From assembly GCA_963842525.1 (NCBI GenBank), contig CAWJGT010000003.1:192001-256000 (forward strand): a DNA stretch of 64,000 nt. The letters run 5' to 3'. Both the position numbers and the translations under genes were made by a program. Shown here piece by piece: positions 17,508 to 30,305 of this stretch; the first letter of the stretch is position 1, and each line of letters begins with the position of its first letter. This DNA comes from an uncultured Holophagales bacterium. Lineage in GTDB: Bacteria > Acidobacteriota > Thermoanaerobaculia > Multivoradales > UBA5704. The notes beneath the pieces are model-generated. The model was given only the letters and a program-made list of their open reading frames with translations. It was not told where the DNA came from and did not search any database.

Positions 17508-19739
17508 TCACAGGTAACCCAGCGCCCGCAGCCGCTCGCGCGCCTCTTTGTCGAGTTGCGCGGGCTCGGGCTTGAGGCCTTGCCGGCTGCGCAGGATCTC
17601 GGCCCGGATCTGCGCCAGGAGCCAGCCGGCCCGCACGGGGTTCTGGCGGATCCGGTTCGGGCCCTCCTCGCCACTCCGGTCGAGACGGAAGAGCTGGGGG
17701 CCCGGCGCCAGCGCCCAACTTTGCGGCAGGATGGCCTTCCAGCCGGCGTGGACGATGCTCACCCCCGTCCGGTTGCGGTAGCTCAGGTGGGAGAAGGCCT
17801 TGCGCGCGGTCAAGTCATCCGGATCGGATTCCAGGGCGGCGAGGCGGCGCAGGTCGGTCCCCGGCCGGCCGGCCGGCGGCGCGAGGCCGGCGGCACGGAG
17901 GATCGTCGGCAGGAGGTCGACGTGCTGGGCGAGCTGGCGGACCCGCTCGCCTCGGGTCTGCCCCGGCCACTTCACGATCAGCGGGATGTCCAGGACCTCC
18001 CGGTAGAGGTCGTGGGCGTGGCCGATCTGGCCGTGCTCGCCGAGCTCTTCGCCATGGTCGGACACGAAGACAACGAGCGAGCCGTCGTAGAGCCCACGCG
18101 ACCGGAGGGCGTCGAGGAGCGCGCCGAAGCTGCGGTCGTTGCCGGCGACCTCGGCGTCGTAGAGGGGGATCAGCTCGCGGACCAGCGCTGCCCGGCTCTC
18201 CCCCCGCGCCGCGTAGACCCGCTTCAGGTCCTCGGTCGAGCCGGCCTCCGGACGAAGCCCCGGGGCGAAGCGCACGCGGTCCTCGAAAGCGGGCTCGTAG
18301 GGAGCGTGCGGATCGAGGGTATGGATATAGAGGAAGAAAGGGCTCTGCCCGGCGTGGGCGTCCAGCCAGGCCAGGACGCGCCGGTTCACCGTGCCGGAGC
18401 CTGTCTCTTCCATGTCCAGAGAGAAGTCGTCGAACCCCTGATCCAGGCCGGTCGCCGGGCTGACGTGCCCGTTGGTGCTGAAGGCCGCCGTCCGGTAGCC
18501 GGCGGCGCGCAGCAGCTCGGGCAGGGTCGCGGCCTCCGCAGCGAGCTTGTCATCGAGCGTCCGGACGCCGTGAGCCAGCGGTCCCAGCCCGGTCAGGATC
18601 GAGGCGACCGAGGGCCGGGTCCACGGTGACTGCGCCACGGCGTGCCCGAACAGGGAGGCCGTCCGCGCGAAGGCGTCAATCCGCGGCGAGGTGGGCTGCC
18701 GCGACCCGTAGGCGCCCACCCGGTCGGCACGCAGGGTGTCGACCAGGTAGACGATGACGTTGGGACGTCGTTTTTCTCCCCCTCTCCCGGTACCGGGAGA
18801 GGGGGCCGGGGGGTGAGGGCTTTGGGAGAGGGGGGAGGAGGGACGGGCACGGACCACAGGGCGTTCCAGGACCAGTCCGCCGGCCGAGGAGGGGTTCGCC
18901 GGGACGGCGCGCAGGGTGAGCCGAAGCAGGTGGTGGCCATGTCCGGGCAGCTCGATCGACTGACGGTCGGGGCCGGGCTCGAGGGTCTCGAGAATTCGTT
19001 CCTCCTCGCCTTCTTCCTGGGCGGCGACCACGAGACGCCCCTCTCCCCCGCGCGCCTGGAGCCCGCCGAGCCAGAGGATTCCCTCGGAGGGGACGTCGAG
19101 GTAGTAGACGGCCTCGGTCCCGAAGGGGAGGACCAGCGTTCCCGCCTCCGCGCGCGGCGGCTCGACGGCGCTCGCGCGGGCTGGCCGAAGGCGCAGCAGG
19201 TCCCAGGAGACTGCGAGATCGCGGTGGTCGTATCTGATCACCCGGCGGTAGCGGAAAGCCAGGCGGTTCCTGCCGGCCACCTGGGCCTCTCGTGGCAGCT
19301 CCACCGTGTAGTCGTGGAGCTTGGGGCTCAAGGTCAGCTCGGCCACCCGCTGGCCGTTCAGCTCGACGGTCATGGTCTGGAGGGCTTTGTCCCCAGCTTC
19401 GAACGGGGCGCACCGCAGCTCGGCCCGCAGGTCGCGCGGCGCCGCCAGGAAGATCTCGACGACCGAGATCTTCCCTTTGCTCCAGACGACCGTCGGCCCT
19501 TGGCGGCCTCCCCCCTCGTTGCGGTACCAGCCGCTCGCCAGATGGGTCCGGGCCGCCGCCGTCCCGAAGTCGACCTGCCCGACCTCCCGCCGTGCTTCGG
19601 CCACTGGGAGGAGGGCGGCCAGGTCATGAACCGGCTCCAGAGGGCCCTGCGTCCGCGCGCAGGCTCCAAGGGCGAACGCCAGGGCCAGGGCTGCGGAACG
19701 GGACCTCGGGGCGACCACGGTCCGCGGAAGGTAGCACAA
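17508..19739 (-). CDS. Sulfatase-family hydrolase (Ser-type signature), probable lipoprotein
   Basis: PNVIVYLVDTLRAD, SPWTRPS, DPHAPY and SDHGEE. A lipobox-like LGAC is present; the start is approximate. Confidence 0.88.
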   Translation of the reverse strand: MCYLPRTVVAPRSRSAALALAFALGACARTQGPLEPVHDLAALLPVAEARREVGQVDFGTAAARTHLASGWYRNEGGGRQGPTVVWSKGKISVVEIFLAAPRDLRAELRCAPFEAGDKALQTMTVELNGQRVAELTLSPKLHDYTVELPREAQVAGRNRLAFRYRRVIRYDHRDLAVSWDLLRLRPARASAVEPPRAEAGTLVLPFGTEAVYYLDVPSEGILWLGGLQARGGEGRLVVAAQEEGEEERILETLEPGPDRQSIELPGHGHHLLRLTLRAVPANPSSAGGLVLERPVVRARPSSPLSQSPHPPAPSPGTGRGGEKRRPNVIVYLVDTLRADRVGAYGSRQPTSPRIDAFARTASLFGHAVAQSPWTRPSVASILTGLGPLAHGVRTLDDKLAAEAATLPELLRAAGYRTAAFSTNGHVSPATGLDQGFDDFSLDMEETGSGTVNRRVLAWLDAHAGQSPFFLYIHTLDPHAPYEPAFEDRVRFAPGLRPEAGSTEDLKRVYAARGESRAALVRELIPLYDAEVAGNDRSFGALLDALRSRGLYDGSLVVFVSDHGEELGEHGQIGHAHDLYREVLDIPLIVKWPGQTRGERVRQLAQHVDLLPTILRAAGLAPPAGRPGTDLRRLAALESDPDDLTARKAFSHLSYRNRTGVSIVHAGWKAILPQSWALAPGPQLFRLDRSGEEGPNRIRQNPVRAGWLLAQIRAEILRSRQGLKPEPAQLDKEARERLRALGYL

Positions 19740-19848
19740 CGGTTTGCCGATCTGTGTTGAAGCTCTTCCATGTCGTCGGGAGCTGTGGTATACGTCCGAC
19801 GCACCTTTGTACCCTGGTCGAGACGCACACCCTCAGGAGGTGACCATC

Positions 19849-22800
19849 GTGCTGGACTTCGTCAGGAGCGGACTCGTCCGCTGCATCGCTCTGCTTGCCT
19901 TGCTTGTCTACGTCCCACCCCTGGCTGCCGCCACGGCTCCAAGCCCGAGCGACAGCAGGCCCAAGCTCGGCCGTATGGTCGACGCCCGGGTCAACTTGAA
20001 GGATTCCTACCAGCGGGCCACGGGCGCCCGGTCCGCGGCGGCTGAGGCAGGCCTTGCCGAAGCTCGCCGCAGGGCCCCGGCGATCGGCGCCGCCATCGCA
20101 GAGCTCAAGCGCAGCCTGCCAGGCCTGGAGGTGAAGTTCTCCGGCCTGACCGGCGGCGTCATCTCGGTCCAGAACAAGGGCGGCGCGTTGACCGTCCCGG
20201 CTCCCGGCCGCAGCAGCGAGGAGATCGTGCTCGGCTTCCTGCGCGATCACGCCGGCCTCTACGGGCTCTCGGCCGCCGACGTCGCCGATCTCGCCGTCCT
20301 CGGCGACAGCCCCGGCGGCGAGAGCGGGCTGCGCATGCTCCGCATGGAGCAGCAGATCGCCGGCCGTCCGATCTTCCAGAGCGAAACCCGCTTCCTGCTC
20401 GACCGCCAGGGCCGCCTGGTGAAGAGCGTCGGGTCGCTGGTCCCGCACGCCAGGACGTTCGCGCCGCATCTGCCGTCGGCGCAGCTCCTGCCGCGGCGAG
20501 GCCATGTCGCGCCTGATGGCGGCCCATGGCAGGACCGTGGGTCCCGCCGCCTTCACCGTCACCGGCCAAAGCGGAGTGTGGACCGTGCTGGCGTCGACGG
20601 ACGAGCTCGTGGCCGGCCCGATCCACGCCCGCGAGGTGCTCTTCCCGCTCGCCCCCGGCCTGCTGGTGCCGGCGTGGTCGCTGGTCGTGTTCACCAGCGG
20701 CGACGAGGACTGGTACGCCGTCGTCGACGCCGAGACGGGCGACCTGCTGTGGCGCAAGAACATCCGCAACTATGTTTCGACCCACGACGCGCGCTTCCGG
20801 GTCTATGTGCAGGCCGACGGCGTCACTCCGGCCGACAGCCCGGCGCCGCAGTCGCCGAGCCCGGCAGTCTCCGGGGCCGGCACCCAGTTTGCGGAGATTC
20901 TGCCGTCGCTCGTCAGCATGCATACCGCCATGGACGCCACGGCCAGCCCGGACGGCTGGATCAACGACTGCCCGGGCGGCATCTGCACGGCCAACGAGAC
21001 CCAGACCCTGGGCAACAACGTGCTGGCCTGCCTCGACCGTGAGGCGTGCCGGCCAACACCTGCGATACCGGCGCCAACAGCGTGCTCGACGGCAACGGCC
21101 GGCCGACTGGCAATCCGGACGCCAACACCCGCGACCGCGACTTCCTCGGCACGGCGCCGCGTGACTTCCAGACCAACTACCTGCCCGCCCCGCAAGGCGG
21201 GGCCGCCGGTGCCGAAACCGGCCAGACCCCGACCGGCGTCGGCGTCCCTCAGACGATCTTCCGGCGCGGCTCGGTGACGCAGCAATTCTACGTCTCCAAC
21301 TGGTACCACGACCAGCTCTTCGCCCTCGGCTTCGACGAGGCCGCGGGCAATTTCCAGCAGACCAACTTCAGCGGCATGGGCCTCGGCGGCGACCGCGTCC
21401 TGATCGACGTGCAGGACGCCAGCGGGACCAACAACGCCAACTTCGGCACGCCGCCCGACGGCGTCTCGGGCCGTGCCCAGATGTTCCGCTTCACCGGCCC
21501 CACGATCGACCGCGACGGCGGCCTCGACAGCGAGATCCTGATCCACGAGCTGACGCACGGCACCAGCAACCGGATCGTCGGCAATGCGGCGGGGCTCAAC
21601 TGGGATCCCGCGGCCGGCATGGGAGAAGGCTGGAGCGACTTCTATGCCGTGGCGCTGCTCAACAACACCAACGCCGACGATCCGGACGGGCAGTACGCGA
21701 CCGGCGCCTACGCCACCTACAAGTTCATCTTCCCCACCATCAGCCCCGCCTATGTCGACAACTATGTCTACGGCATCCGCCGGTTCCCGTACAGCACGGA
21801 CAACACGGTCAACCCGATGACCTGGGCCGATTTGAGCGACGTCAGCTATGACTTGAGCGGCGGCATCCCTCCCGACCCGCTCGACAGCTCCTTCGGCGGC
21901 GGCGCGGAGGTGCACAACGCCGGCGAGCTCTGGGCTCTCTCGCTGTGGGAGGTGCGCGGCCGGATCATCGCCGACCCAGCCGGCGCCAACGGCGACGTGC
22001 CGACCGGCAACCAGACGACGCTTGAGATCGTCACCGGCGGCCTCAAGATGACGGCGCCCGATCCGACGTACACCGATGCGCGCGACGCGATCATCGACGC
22101 CGACTGCGCCACCAATGCCTGCGCCAACGAGGAGTCGATCTGGGGAGGGTTCGCCGACCGCGGGCTCGGCTATCGGGCACGGTCCCCCTACTTCGTCGCG
22201 ATCGCCTTCATCTCCAGCCATCAGGGGGTCGAGGAGTCGTTCAACAGCCCCTACCTCGACGTCGTGGACGCGGGGACCGACGTGGCCATCGACGACACCG
22301 CCAGCAACAACAACGGCGCGATCGACCCGGGCGAGGCGGTTGCGCTCACGGTCACCCTGACCAACCCGTGGCGCGCCGCGAGCAAGGCGGTGGCCAGCGC
22401 GACCGCGACGCTCACCACCTCCACGCCGGGCGTGACGATCTTCGACAACACCGCCACGTACGGCGCCATCGCGCCCCAGGGCACGGCCGCCGGCGACGTC
22501 TTCACCATCGCCGTCGACGAATTGGTCCTCTGCGGCAGCGCCATCGACTTCACGGTCACCACCGTGTTCGAACATCGGCACCACGGCGGCCACCTTCCGG
22601 CTGCGCGTGGGCGCGGCGAGCGGCACGGATCCGGTCGTCACCTACACCGGCAATCCCGCTCCGGATCTCGCCGTCCCGGACAACACCCCGCAGGGCGTCT
22701 TCCACACGATGACCATCACCGACGACTTCGAGATCGCCGACATCGACTTCCGCGTCGACGACCTTCCCCATACCTTCGTCGACGATCTGAACGTGATGCT

Positions 22801-24517
22801 GCAGGGGCCTTCCGGCCTCGGGATCGACATGGTGGGCCTCATCGGGCTCATCGGCGCGGGCGGCGGCAGCGGCGACAACCTCCTCAACACGCTGGTCGAC
22901 GACGACCAGCCGTTCGACGCCGCGCACGACATGATCGCGGCACCGAACGCCGGCAACGCACCCGGTTTTGACGGGCCGTGGGTGCCGGAATACAACTCGC
23001 CGTCGTGGCCGGCCGTCGTCGGTCTTGCGGGCGATCCGACCGGCAACCTGACGTACTTCGACGGCCTCAGCACGCAGGGAGACTGGAGCGCGCTCGCCGC
23101 GGACGAGTTCGGTGGCGACATCGGTACCCTCAACGCCTGGTCGATCCTCGTCACCCCGGTCCATTTTGTCTGCTCACCGTTCCTGGGAGGGGTGGCCGAC
23201 GTCTCCGCGACCAAGACGGTGACCGGCACCTTCACGGTCGGCGGCACGGTGACGTATACCGTGACGCTCACCAACGACGGCACGGCAGCTCAGGGTGACA
23301 ACCCGGGCGACGAGCTCACCGACCTCCTGCCGGCCAGCCTGACGCTGGTCAGCGCCGTGGCCACCAGCGGCACGGCGGGGACTGCGGGCAACACGGTCAC
23401 CTGGAACGGCACGATCGCACCTCTCGGCGGCACGGTCACCATCACGATCACCGCCACGATCAACGCCGGGACCCAGTGCACCTCGATCACCAACCAGGGC
23501 ACCGCGTCCTTCGACAGCGACAATGACGGTACGAACGACACCGCTGTTCCCACCGACGACCCCGGCGTGGTCGGCACGGCCGATCCCACGGTCTTCACGG
23601 TCCAGTGTGCGGCCGTCACGGCGACCAAGACCGTGAGCGGCACGTTCACAGTCGGCAGCAACATCACCTACACCATCATCCTTTCAAACTCGGGCTCCGG
23701 CGCCACTCTCGACAACGCCGGCGACGAGCTCACCGACATCCTGCCGGCCAGCCTGACGCTGGTCAGCGCCGTGGCCACCAGCGGCACTGCGGGGACCGCG
23801 GGGAACACCGTCACCTGGAACGGCAGCATCCCGGCCGCCGGCAGCGTGACCATCACCATCACCGCCACCATCAACGCCGGTACCGGGTGCACCACGATCT
23901 CCAACCAGGCGACGATCGCCTTCGATGCCGACCTGAACGGCACCAACGAGTCGGCGGGCGTCAGCGACGACCCCTCGGTCGGAGGCGCCAACGACCCGAC
24001 GACCTTCGAGGTCCAGTGCGTGGACCTCGAGGCCACCAAGACCGTGACCGGCACTTTCGAGCCCGGTGGCATCGTGACCTACACGATCGTGATCGAGAAC
24101 AACGGCAACGCGACCGCGACGGGTGTGGTATTCACCGACGACCTGCCTGCCGGCGTGACCCTGGGACCGGGCGTCCCCACGTCCACGATCGCTCCGCAAC
24201 CCACCAACACCGACCCTGTCACCTGGACCGGCGACATTCCGGCCGGCGGCAGCGTGACCATCACCATCCAGGCCACGATCGACGATGACGCTTCGGGTAC
24301 GATCAGCAACCAGGGAAGCGTCGCCTTCGACAGCGACCTCAGCGGCACCAACGACACGACGATCGATACCGACGACCCGGTTCCCCCCGGTAGCGACGAT
24401 CCGACCGCGTTCGTCGTCGGCGGCACGGTCGCGATTCCGACGGCCTCTGAGTACGGCCTGCTGCTGCTCGGGCTCGGCCTGCTGCTCGCCGCCTGGAGCG
24501 TAATGCGCCGCGCATGA
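19849..24517 (+). CDS. Secreted M36 (fungalysin) metallopeptidase with propeptide, P-domain-like region, three DUF11-like repeats and an IPTL-CTERM tail (frameshifts near 20500, 21045 and 22570)
   Basis: IHELTHG and GEGWSDF, GIRRFPYST, EVHNAGELW; repeats beginning ATKTVTGTF..G..TYTI; C-terminal AIPTASEYGLLLLGLGLLLAAWSVMRR. Confidence 0.85.
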
Positions 24518-24556
24518 CCTGACGGTCCAGAGCGCGTCGCACTCCGCGACACGACA

Positions 24557-24593
24557 ACGCCTCACCCTCTCGGGGGTGGGGCGTTTTTCTTTT
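24557..24593 (+). terminator. Intrinsic terminator
   Basis: The hairpin acgcctcacc...ggtggggcgt followed by ttttctttt. Confidence 0.7.
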
Positions 24594-24646
24594 GTATGGG
24601 AGGATGGCCCGCGAGTGCCCGCACGTACCTGGAGGGAGGAGACCGC

Positions 24647-26052
24647 GTGAGATCCCGATCCTGGTTTTTGTTGGTCGCCTTCGGTCTTGTGGCGGTGCCG
24701 GCAAGGCCCCTCACCCCCGGCCCCTCTCCCATCGCCCCCCCTGCCCCCGGGAGAGGGGAGGAAGACCAACTGTCGCTGTCAGCGGCGGTGGAGCGGGCCC
24801 TCGCCGGGTTTCCCGCGGTCGAGGGCGCGCGCGCCCGGCAGGAGGAGGCGCGCTTGGCGCTCGGCGAGGCCGAGGTCGGCCTGCGGCCCCGCGGCCGGTT
24901 CAACGGCTCGGCCACCCAGTACCAGGAGCCCATGGTGGTCACGCCGATCCACGGCTTCGGCCCGGGGCAGTTTCCCTCGTTCGACGAGACGCTCTTCCAG
25001 GGCACCCTCGGCGTGAGCTGGACGCTCTGGGACGGCGGCGCCAACGGCGCCCGGGTGCGGTCGGCTGTCTCGCAGCTCGAAGTTGCCGGCGCCGCCCTGA
25101 CCGCGGCCGAGCAGTCCCTGGCCGGCCGGGTCGCCGCGGCCTACCTCACCGTGCTCGGCCAGCGCCAGGTGCTGGCAGCCCACAACCTGCGCCTCGCCTC
25201 CCTGGAGGCCGAGCGGTCCCGGGTGCAGCAGCGCTTCGACGTGGGACGGGCGGCACGGCTGGAGGTCCTGCGCGCCGAGGCCGCCCTGGCGAGCGCCCGT
25301 GCCGACCGGGTCCGCCTCACGGCCGCGGTGGACAATGCCGAGCGCGATCTCGCCCGTCTCCTCGGGGCACCGGTGGAGGAGACCCGCGCGGACCGGCTCG
25401 TGCCGGTGGCCCTGGCCGACTTGAAACCGCCGGACCGGGAAGCCCTCGTCGCCGAGGGGATCGAGGCCAGCCCGGCCGTGGCCCAGGCGCGCTCCCAGGT
25501 CGCCGCCGCCGAGGCCGGGATCGCCCTGGCGCGGAGCTCCCTGAGGCCGGAGCTGCGGGCGGTGGCCAACCTGAACGAGTGGGGCTCCAAGGACGGAGAC
25601 TTCGCCACCGAATGGAACGCCGGCTTCCAGGTCGCCGTGCCCCTCTTCGAAGGCGGCGCCACCCGCCGGCGGATCGCCCGCGCCGAGGCGTCCCGGCGCG
25701 CCGCGGCCGAGCAGCTCCGGCTGGCCGAGCTGCAGGTGCGCGAGGACGTGGACCGCGCCGCCGCCCGCGAAGAGGAGGCCCAGGCGCGCGCCGAAAGCCT
25801 CGCCAGCGCGGTCGAAAGCGCTTCGCTGAAGTCGTCCGCGTCCAGAAGCTCCTCCTCGACGAGGGGGCCGGGACCCAGACCGACTTCCTCACCGCCGAGG
25901 CCGACCTGTTGACCGCGCGCGCCAACCTGGCCGAGGCGGGCCACGCCGCGATCCTGGCGCGCGTCGACCTCGCCCGCGCCGCCGGCCGGCTGGGCCCGGA
26001 CTGGCTGCGGAGCAATGTCCTGGATGTGTCGCAGGTGGAGACCAACCCATGA
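24647..26052 (+). CDS. TolC-family outer membrane efflux protein (frameshift near 25820)
   Basis: Signal peptide, LSLSAAVERAL, WTLWDGG and VPLFEGG. The C-terminus continues in another frame (RFAEVVRVQKLLLDEGAGTQTDFLTAE). Confidence 0.87.
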
Positions 26053-27044
26053 GCCCGAAGAAGATCGTGCCGCCCCTGCTGCTGTTGGTCGTTGGCGGAG
26101 CAGCCTTCTGGTTCTACCGCTCCCAGCGGATCGAGCCCGACGAGGACACCCTTGCCGCCTCCGGCACCGTCGAAGCCACCGACGCGCAGCTCGGTTTCGC
26201 AGGGGCGGGCCGCATCGAGTCGATCGACGTCCGCGAAGGGGACGCGGTCGCGGCCGGCCAGGAGCTTGCCCGCCTCGATCGCGCCGAGCTGGAAGCCCGG
26301 CGCGCCCAGGCCGTGGCCCAGGTAGCGGCCGCCCGCGCCGCGCTCGCCGACCTGGAGCGGGGCTCGCGCCGCGAGGAGATCGCGCAGGCCCGCGCCGCCT
26401 TGACCGCCGCCGAGGAGAGGCGCCGCGACGCGCAGCGCGACCTGGAACGCACCCGCCGGCTGTACGAGGGCGGCGCGGTCAGCCGCGAGGCCTTGGACAA
26501 GGCAGAGACCGCCCTCGACGTCTTCACCGCCCAGCGCGACCAGGTCGCCGAGCAGCTCCGGCTGGTCCGCGAAGGGCCGAGCCGCGAGAAGATCGACGCC
26601 GCCCGCGCCCAGGTGGCCCAGGCCGAGGCCGCCCTTCAGGGAGCCGAGGCCGCGCTCGGCAACACTGTGATGAGCGCGCCGTTTGCGGGCCGGGTCACCG
26701 TCCGCAACCGCCAGGCCGGGGAGACCGTGTCTCCCGGGGCGCCCGTGCTCACCTTGATGGACCCGCGCGACCGCTGGGTGCGCATCTACGTCAAGGAAGA
26801 CCGCCTCGGCGCCGTCAAGCTGGGCACCCGCGCCGCCATCACCTCCGACACCTATCCTGGAAAGACCTATCCCGGAGAGGTCTCCTACATCTCCTCCGAG
26901 GCCGAGTTCACGCCGAAGAGCGTGCAGACCGCCGAGGAGCGGGTCCGCCTCGTCTATGCCGTCAAGGTGCGCATCACCGGCGACCCGGGACATGAGCTGA
27001 AGCCGGGGCTGCCGGCGGACGTGCGGCTGGAGGTGGCGCCGTGA
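26049..27044 (+). CDS. HlyD-family membrane fusion protein (YbhG-like)
   Basis: SGTVEAT, a coiled coil, EAEFTPKSVQTAEER and LKPGLPAD. Confidence 0.92.
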   Translation: MSPKKIVPPLLLLVVGGAAFWFYRSQRIEPDEDTLAASGTVEATDAQLGFAGAGRIESIDVREGDAVAAGQELARLDRAELEARRAQAVAQVAAARAALADLERGSRREEIAQARAALTAAEERRRDAQRDLERTRRLYEGGAVSREALDKAETALDVFTAQRDQVAEQLRLVREGPSREKIDAARAQVAQAEAALQGAEAALGNTVMSAPFAGRVTVRNRQAGETVSPGAPVLTLMDPRDRWVRIYVKEDRLGAVKLGTRAAITSDTYPGKTYPGEVSYISSEAEFTPKSVQTAEERVRLVYAVKVRITGDPGHELKPGLPADVRLEVAP

Positions 27045-27050
27045 TGGAGG

Positions 27051-27213
27051 GGCCTCACCCCCGGCCCCTCTCCCATCTCCCACCCGCCCTTTCCCCGGGA
27101 GAGGGGAGAAATTTCGCCAGAAAAGCCTCTGGAAAGAGTCTTCTTGCATTGTTCCCCCTCTCCCGGCGGGGGGTGGAAGGGAGATGGGAGAGGGGGTTAG
27201 GGGGTGAGGTCCC
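27051..27213. repeat. Dispersed palindromic repeat, full copy inside the exporter operon
   Basis: ggcctcacccccggcccctctcccatctccc...gggagatgggagagggggttagggggtgagg. Confidence 0.85.
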
Positions 27214-28146
27214 TTGATCCGCGTCGACAACCTCACCCGCCGCTTCGGCGATCTCGTGGCTGTGGACCGGCTGAGCTTCGAGGTGCGGCGCGGCGAGCTG
27301 TTCGGCCTGGTCGGCCCGGACGGCGCCGGCAAGACCACCACGCTGCGCATGCTGGCCGGCGTGCTCCGGCCCACGGCCGGGGACGCGATGCTCGACGGCG
27401 TCTCGGTGGCGCGCGATCCCGAGCGGGTCAAGCACGGCCTCGCCTACATGTCCCAGCGCTTCGGCCTCTACGCCGACCTCACAGTGATCGAAAACCTCCA
27501 GTTCTACGCCGACCTCTACCGGGTGCCGCGCCGCGAAAGAGCAAGCCGCCTGGAGAGGCTTTTCCAATTTTCCAACCTGGGCCCGTTCCGCGACCGGCTG
27601 GCCGGCAAGCTCTCGGGCGGCATGAAGCAGAAGCTCGGGCTCTCCTGCGCCCTTATCCACCAGCCGGTCATCCTGCTCCTGGACGAGCCCACCTTCGGCG
27701 TCGACCCGGTCTCCCGGCGCGACCTCTGGCTGATCGTCCACGAGATGGTGGCCGAAGGGGTGACCGCGGTGGTGAGCACGGCCTACATGGACGAGGCCGA
27801 ACGCTTCGACCGGCTGGTCCTCCTGCACAAGGGGAGCCTGCTGGCCCTGGATGCTCCCGAGGCGCTGCAGAAGGGCTTCGACGGGCAGGTCCTGGAGCTG
27901 CGGGTGGACCGTCCGCGCGAAGCCCGCGAACGGCTGCTCGGCCATCCGGCGGTACGGCGGGTCGCGCTCTTCGGCGACCGCCTCCACCTCACCGTCGCAT
28001 CGCCCGGGACGGACGGCCCCGCGGTGACGGCGGCCCTGCGTGAAGCCGGCTTCGCGGTCGAAGGCGCGCGCCCGGTGCCGCCCTCGCTCGAAGACGTCTT
28101 CATCGAGAAGATCGCTGCCGCCGAGGCAACTCAGGAGGCAGCATGA
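27214..28146 (+). CDS. ABC transporter ATP-binding protein (YbhF-like)
   Basis: [16 protein letters not shown] and LLLDEPT. Confidence 0.93.
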   Translation: MIRVDNLTRRFGDLVAVDRLSFEVRRGELFGLVGPDGAGKTTTLRMLAGVLRPTAGDAMLDGVSVARDPERVKHGLAYMSQRFGLYADLTVIENLQFYADLYRVPRRERASRLERLFQFSNLGPFRDRLAGKLSGGMKQKLGLSCALIHQPVILLLDEPTFGVDPVSRRDLWLIVHEMVAEGVTAVVSTAYMDEAERFDRLVLLHKGSLLALDAPEALQKGFDGQVLELRVDRPREARERLLGHPAVRRVALFGDRLHLTVASPGTDGPAVTAALREAGFAVEGARPVPPSLEDVFIEKIAAAEATQEAA

Positions 28147-29184
28147 GCCGCGTTCTCTCCTCTTCTGGAGCTGCATTGTCTTCCCCCCTCTCCCGGGGGT
28201 CGGGAGTGCGGATGGGAGAGGGGGGCCAGGGGGGTGAGGGGGCCATCGCCGTCGAGGTCGAGGACCTCACCCGGACCTACGGCGACTTCGTGGCCGTGGA
28301 CCATGTCAGCTTCGCGGTGGAGAAGGAGGAGGTCTTCGGCTTCCTCGGCCCCAACGGCGCCGGCAAGACGACGACGATCAAGATGCTGACCGGCCTGGTG
28401 CCGCCGACCTCGGGCCGCGGCAAGGTGGCGGGATTCGACATCCTGACGGGAGCGGCGGCAGATCAAGCGCCACATCGGCTACATGTCGCAGCTCTTCTCG
28501 CTCTATGCCGACCTCACGGTCGAAGAGAATATTGCCTTCTTTTCCGGCCTCTACGGCGTGTCCCGGGAGCGCCGGGCCGAGCGCCGCGACTGGGTGCTGC
28601 AGATGGCCGGGCTCGTGGACCAGCGGGAGAGGCTGACCGGCGAGCTCTCCCTGGGTTGGAAGCAGCGGCTCGCCCTGGGGTGTGCCGTGCTCCACGAGCC
28701 GCCCGTCCTCTTCCTCGACGAGCCAACCTCCGGGGTGGACCCGATCTCGCGCCGCTCCTTCTGGGACCTGATCTACACCCTGGCCACCGCCGGGACCACG
28801 GTCTTCGTGACCACCCACTACATGGAAGAGGCCGAATACTGCCACCGGCTGGCGCTGATGAACCGCGGGAAGCTGGTCGCCCTCGACACGCCGGCCCACC
28901 TGCGGGAGGGTCTGAAGCAGCCGCTGCTGGAGGTCCGCACCCCCGCGGGAGCCCGGGCCGCCGAGCTGCTGGAGAAAGCCCCTGGAGTGGTCGGAGCCGG
29001 CCTCTTCGGCCGCACGCTGCACGTCACCCTGGAGGAGGGAACGAATCCTGCCGCGGCCCGCCGCGAGATCGAGGAATTCCTGGGCTCCCACGGCGTGCCG
29101 GTCGAGAGCATCGAGGAGATCACCCCGTCCCTGGAGGACGTCTTCATCGCCCTGGTCCAGGAGGCCGGGGGAGCGCCGGCATGA
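28143..29184 (+). CDS. ABC transporter ATP-binding protein (frameshift near 28450)
   Basis: GPNGAGKTT in one frame; [15 protein letters not shown] and TTHYMEEAE in the next. Confidence 0.88.
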
Positions 29185-30305
29185 GCCTCACCCGCCTGCT
29201 CGCCATCGCCCGCAAGGAGCTGATCCAGCTCCGGCGCGACACCCGCAGCCTGATCCTCGCCTTCCTGCTGCCGGTGCTGCTGCTCGTCCTTTTTGGCTAT
29301 GCCATCTCCTGGGACGTGCGCGACCTGCGCACGGCCGTGCTCGACGGTGACCGCTCGGCGCGCAGCCGCGAGCTGATCGAATCCTTCCGCGCCTCCGGCT
29401 ACTTCGAGATCGTCGATCACCTGGAAAGACCTGCCGAGATCGGACCCCTGCTCGACCGTGGCGCCATCCAGATCGCCCTGGTGATCCCGCCCGGCTTCGC
29501 TGCCGACGTGGACGGCGGCCGGACCGCGGCGGTCCAGGCGATCGTCGATGGCAGCGACGCCAACACCGCCACCATCGCCCTGGCCTATGCCGAGGCCGTG
29601 GCGCGGTCCTGGTCCGCGCGGGTGATGCTGCACGGCGCCGCGCTCTCGTCCATTCGGCCGCCGGTCGAGGCCGCCTCGCGGGTCTGGTACAACGAGGAGC
29701 TGCTCAGCCGCAACATGATCGTCCCCGGCCTGGTGGCCGCCATCATGGCGATCATCGCGGCCATGCTCACCTCGCTGACCATTGCCCGCGAGTGGGAGCG
29801 CGGCACCATGGAGCAGCTCGCCGCAACGCCGGTCTCGCGCCTGGAGGTCGTCCTCGGCAAGCTCCTTCCCTATATTGCCATCGGCCTGGCCGACGTGGTC
29901 GTCAGCGCGGTCCTCGGCGTCGTGCTGTTCGACGTCCCTTTCCGCGGCAGCCCGGTCCTCCTGCTGGCGCTCTCGTCCCTCTTCCTGATCGGCGCTTTGG
30001 GGCTCGGCATGTTCATCTCGGCGGCGGCGAAGTCGCAGGTCCTGGCCACGCAGATCGCCATGCTCGCCACCTTCCTGCCGACCTTCCTGCTGTCCGGCTT
30101 CATGTTCGCGGTCGAGGTCATGCCGCGCCCCCTCCAGGCGCTGAGCTTCCTCATCCCGGCACGCTATTTTCTGGTGGTCACCCGCGGCATCTTCCTCAAG
30201 GGCGTGGGCATCGAGGTGCTCTTCGTCCAGGCGCTGCTGATGATCGCCTTCGCCGTGGTGGGCCTCGGCCTGGCGGTGCTCAAATTCCGCAAGGAGCTGG
30301 GATGA
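29181..30305 (+). CDS. ABC-2 permease (YbhS-like)
   Basis: [24 protein letters not shown] and multiple TMs. Confidence 0.92.
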   Translation: MSLTRLLAIARKELIQLRRDTRSLILAFLLPVLLLVLFGYAISWDVRDLRTAVLDGDRSARSRELIESFRASGYFEIVDHLERPAEIGPLLDRGAIQIALVIPPGFAADVDGGRTAAVQAIVDGSDANTATIALAYAEAVARSWSARVMLHGAALSSIRPPVEAASRVWYNEELLSRNMIVPGLVAAIMAIIAAMLTSLTIAREWERGTMEQLAATPVSRLEVVLGKLLPYIAIGLADVVVSAVLGVVLFDVPFRGSPVLLLALSSLFLIGALGLGMFISAAAKSQVLATQIAMLATFLPTFLLSGFMFAVEVMPRPLQALSFLIPARYFLVVTRGIFLKGVGIEVLFVQALLMIAFAVVGLGLAVLKFRKELG

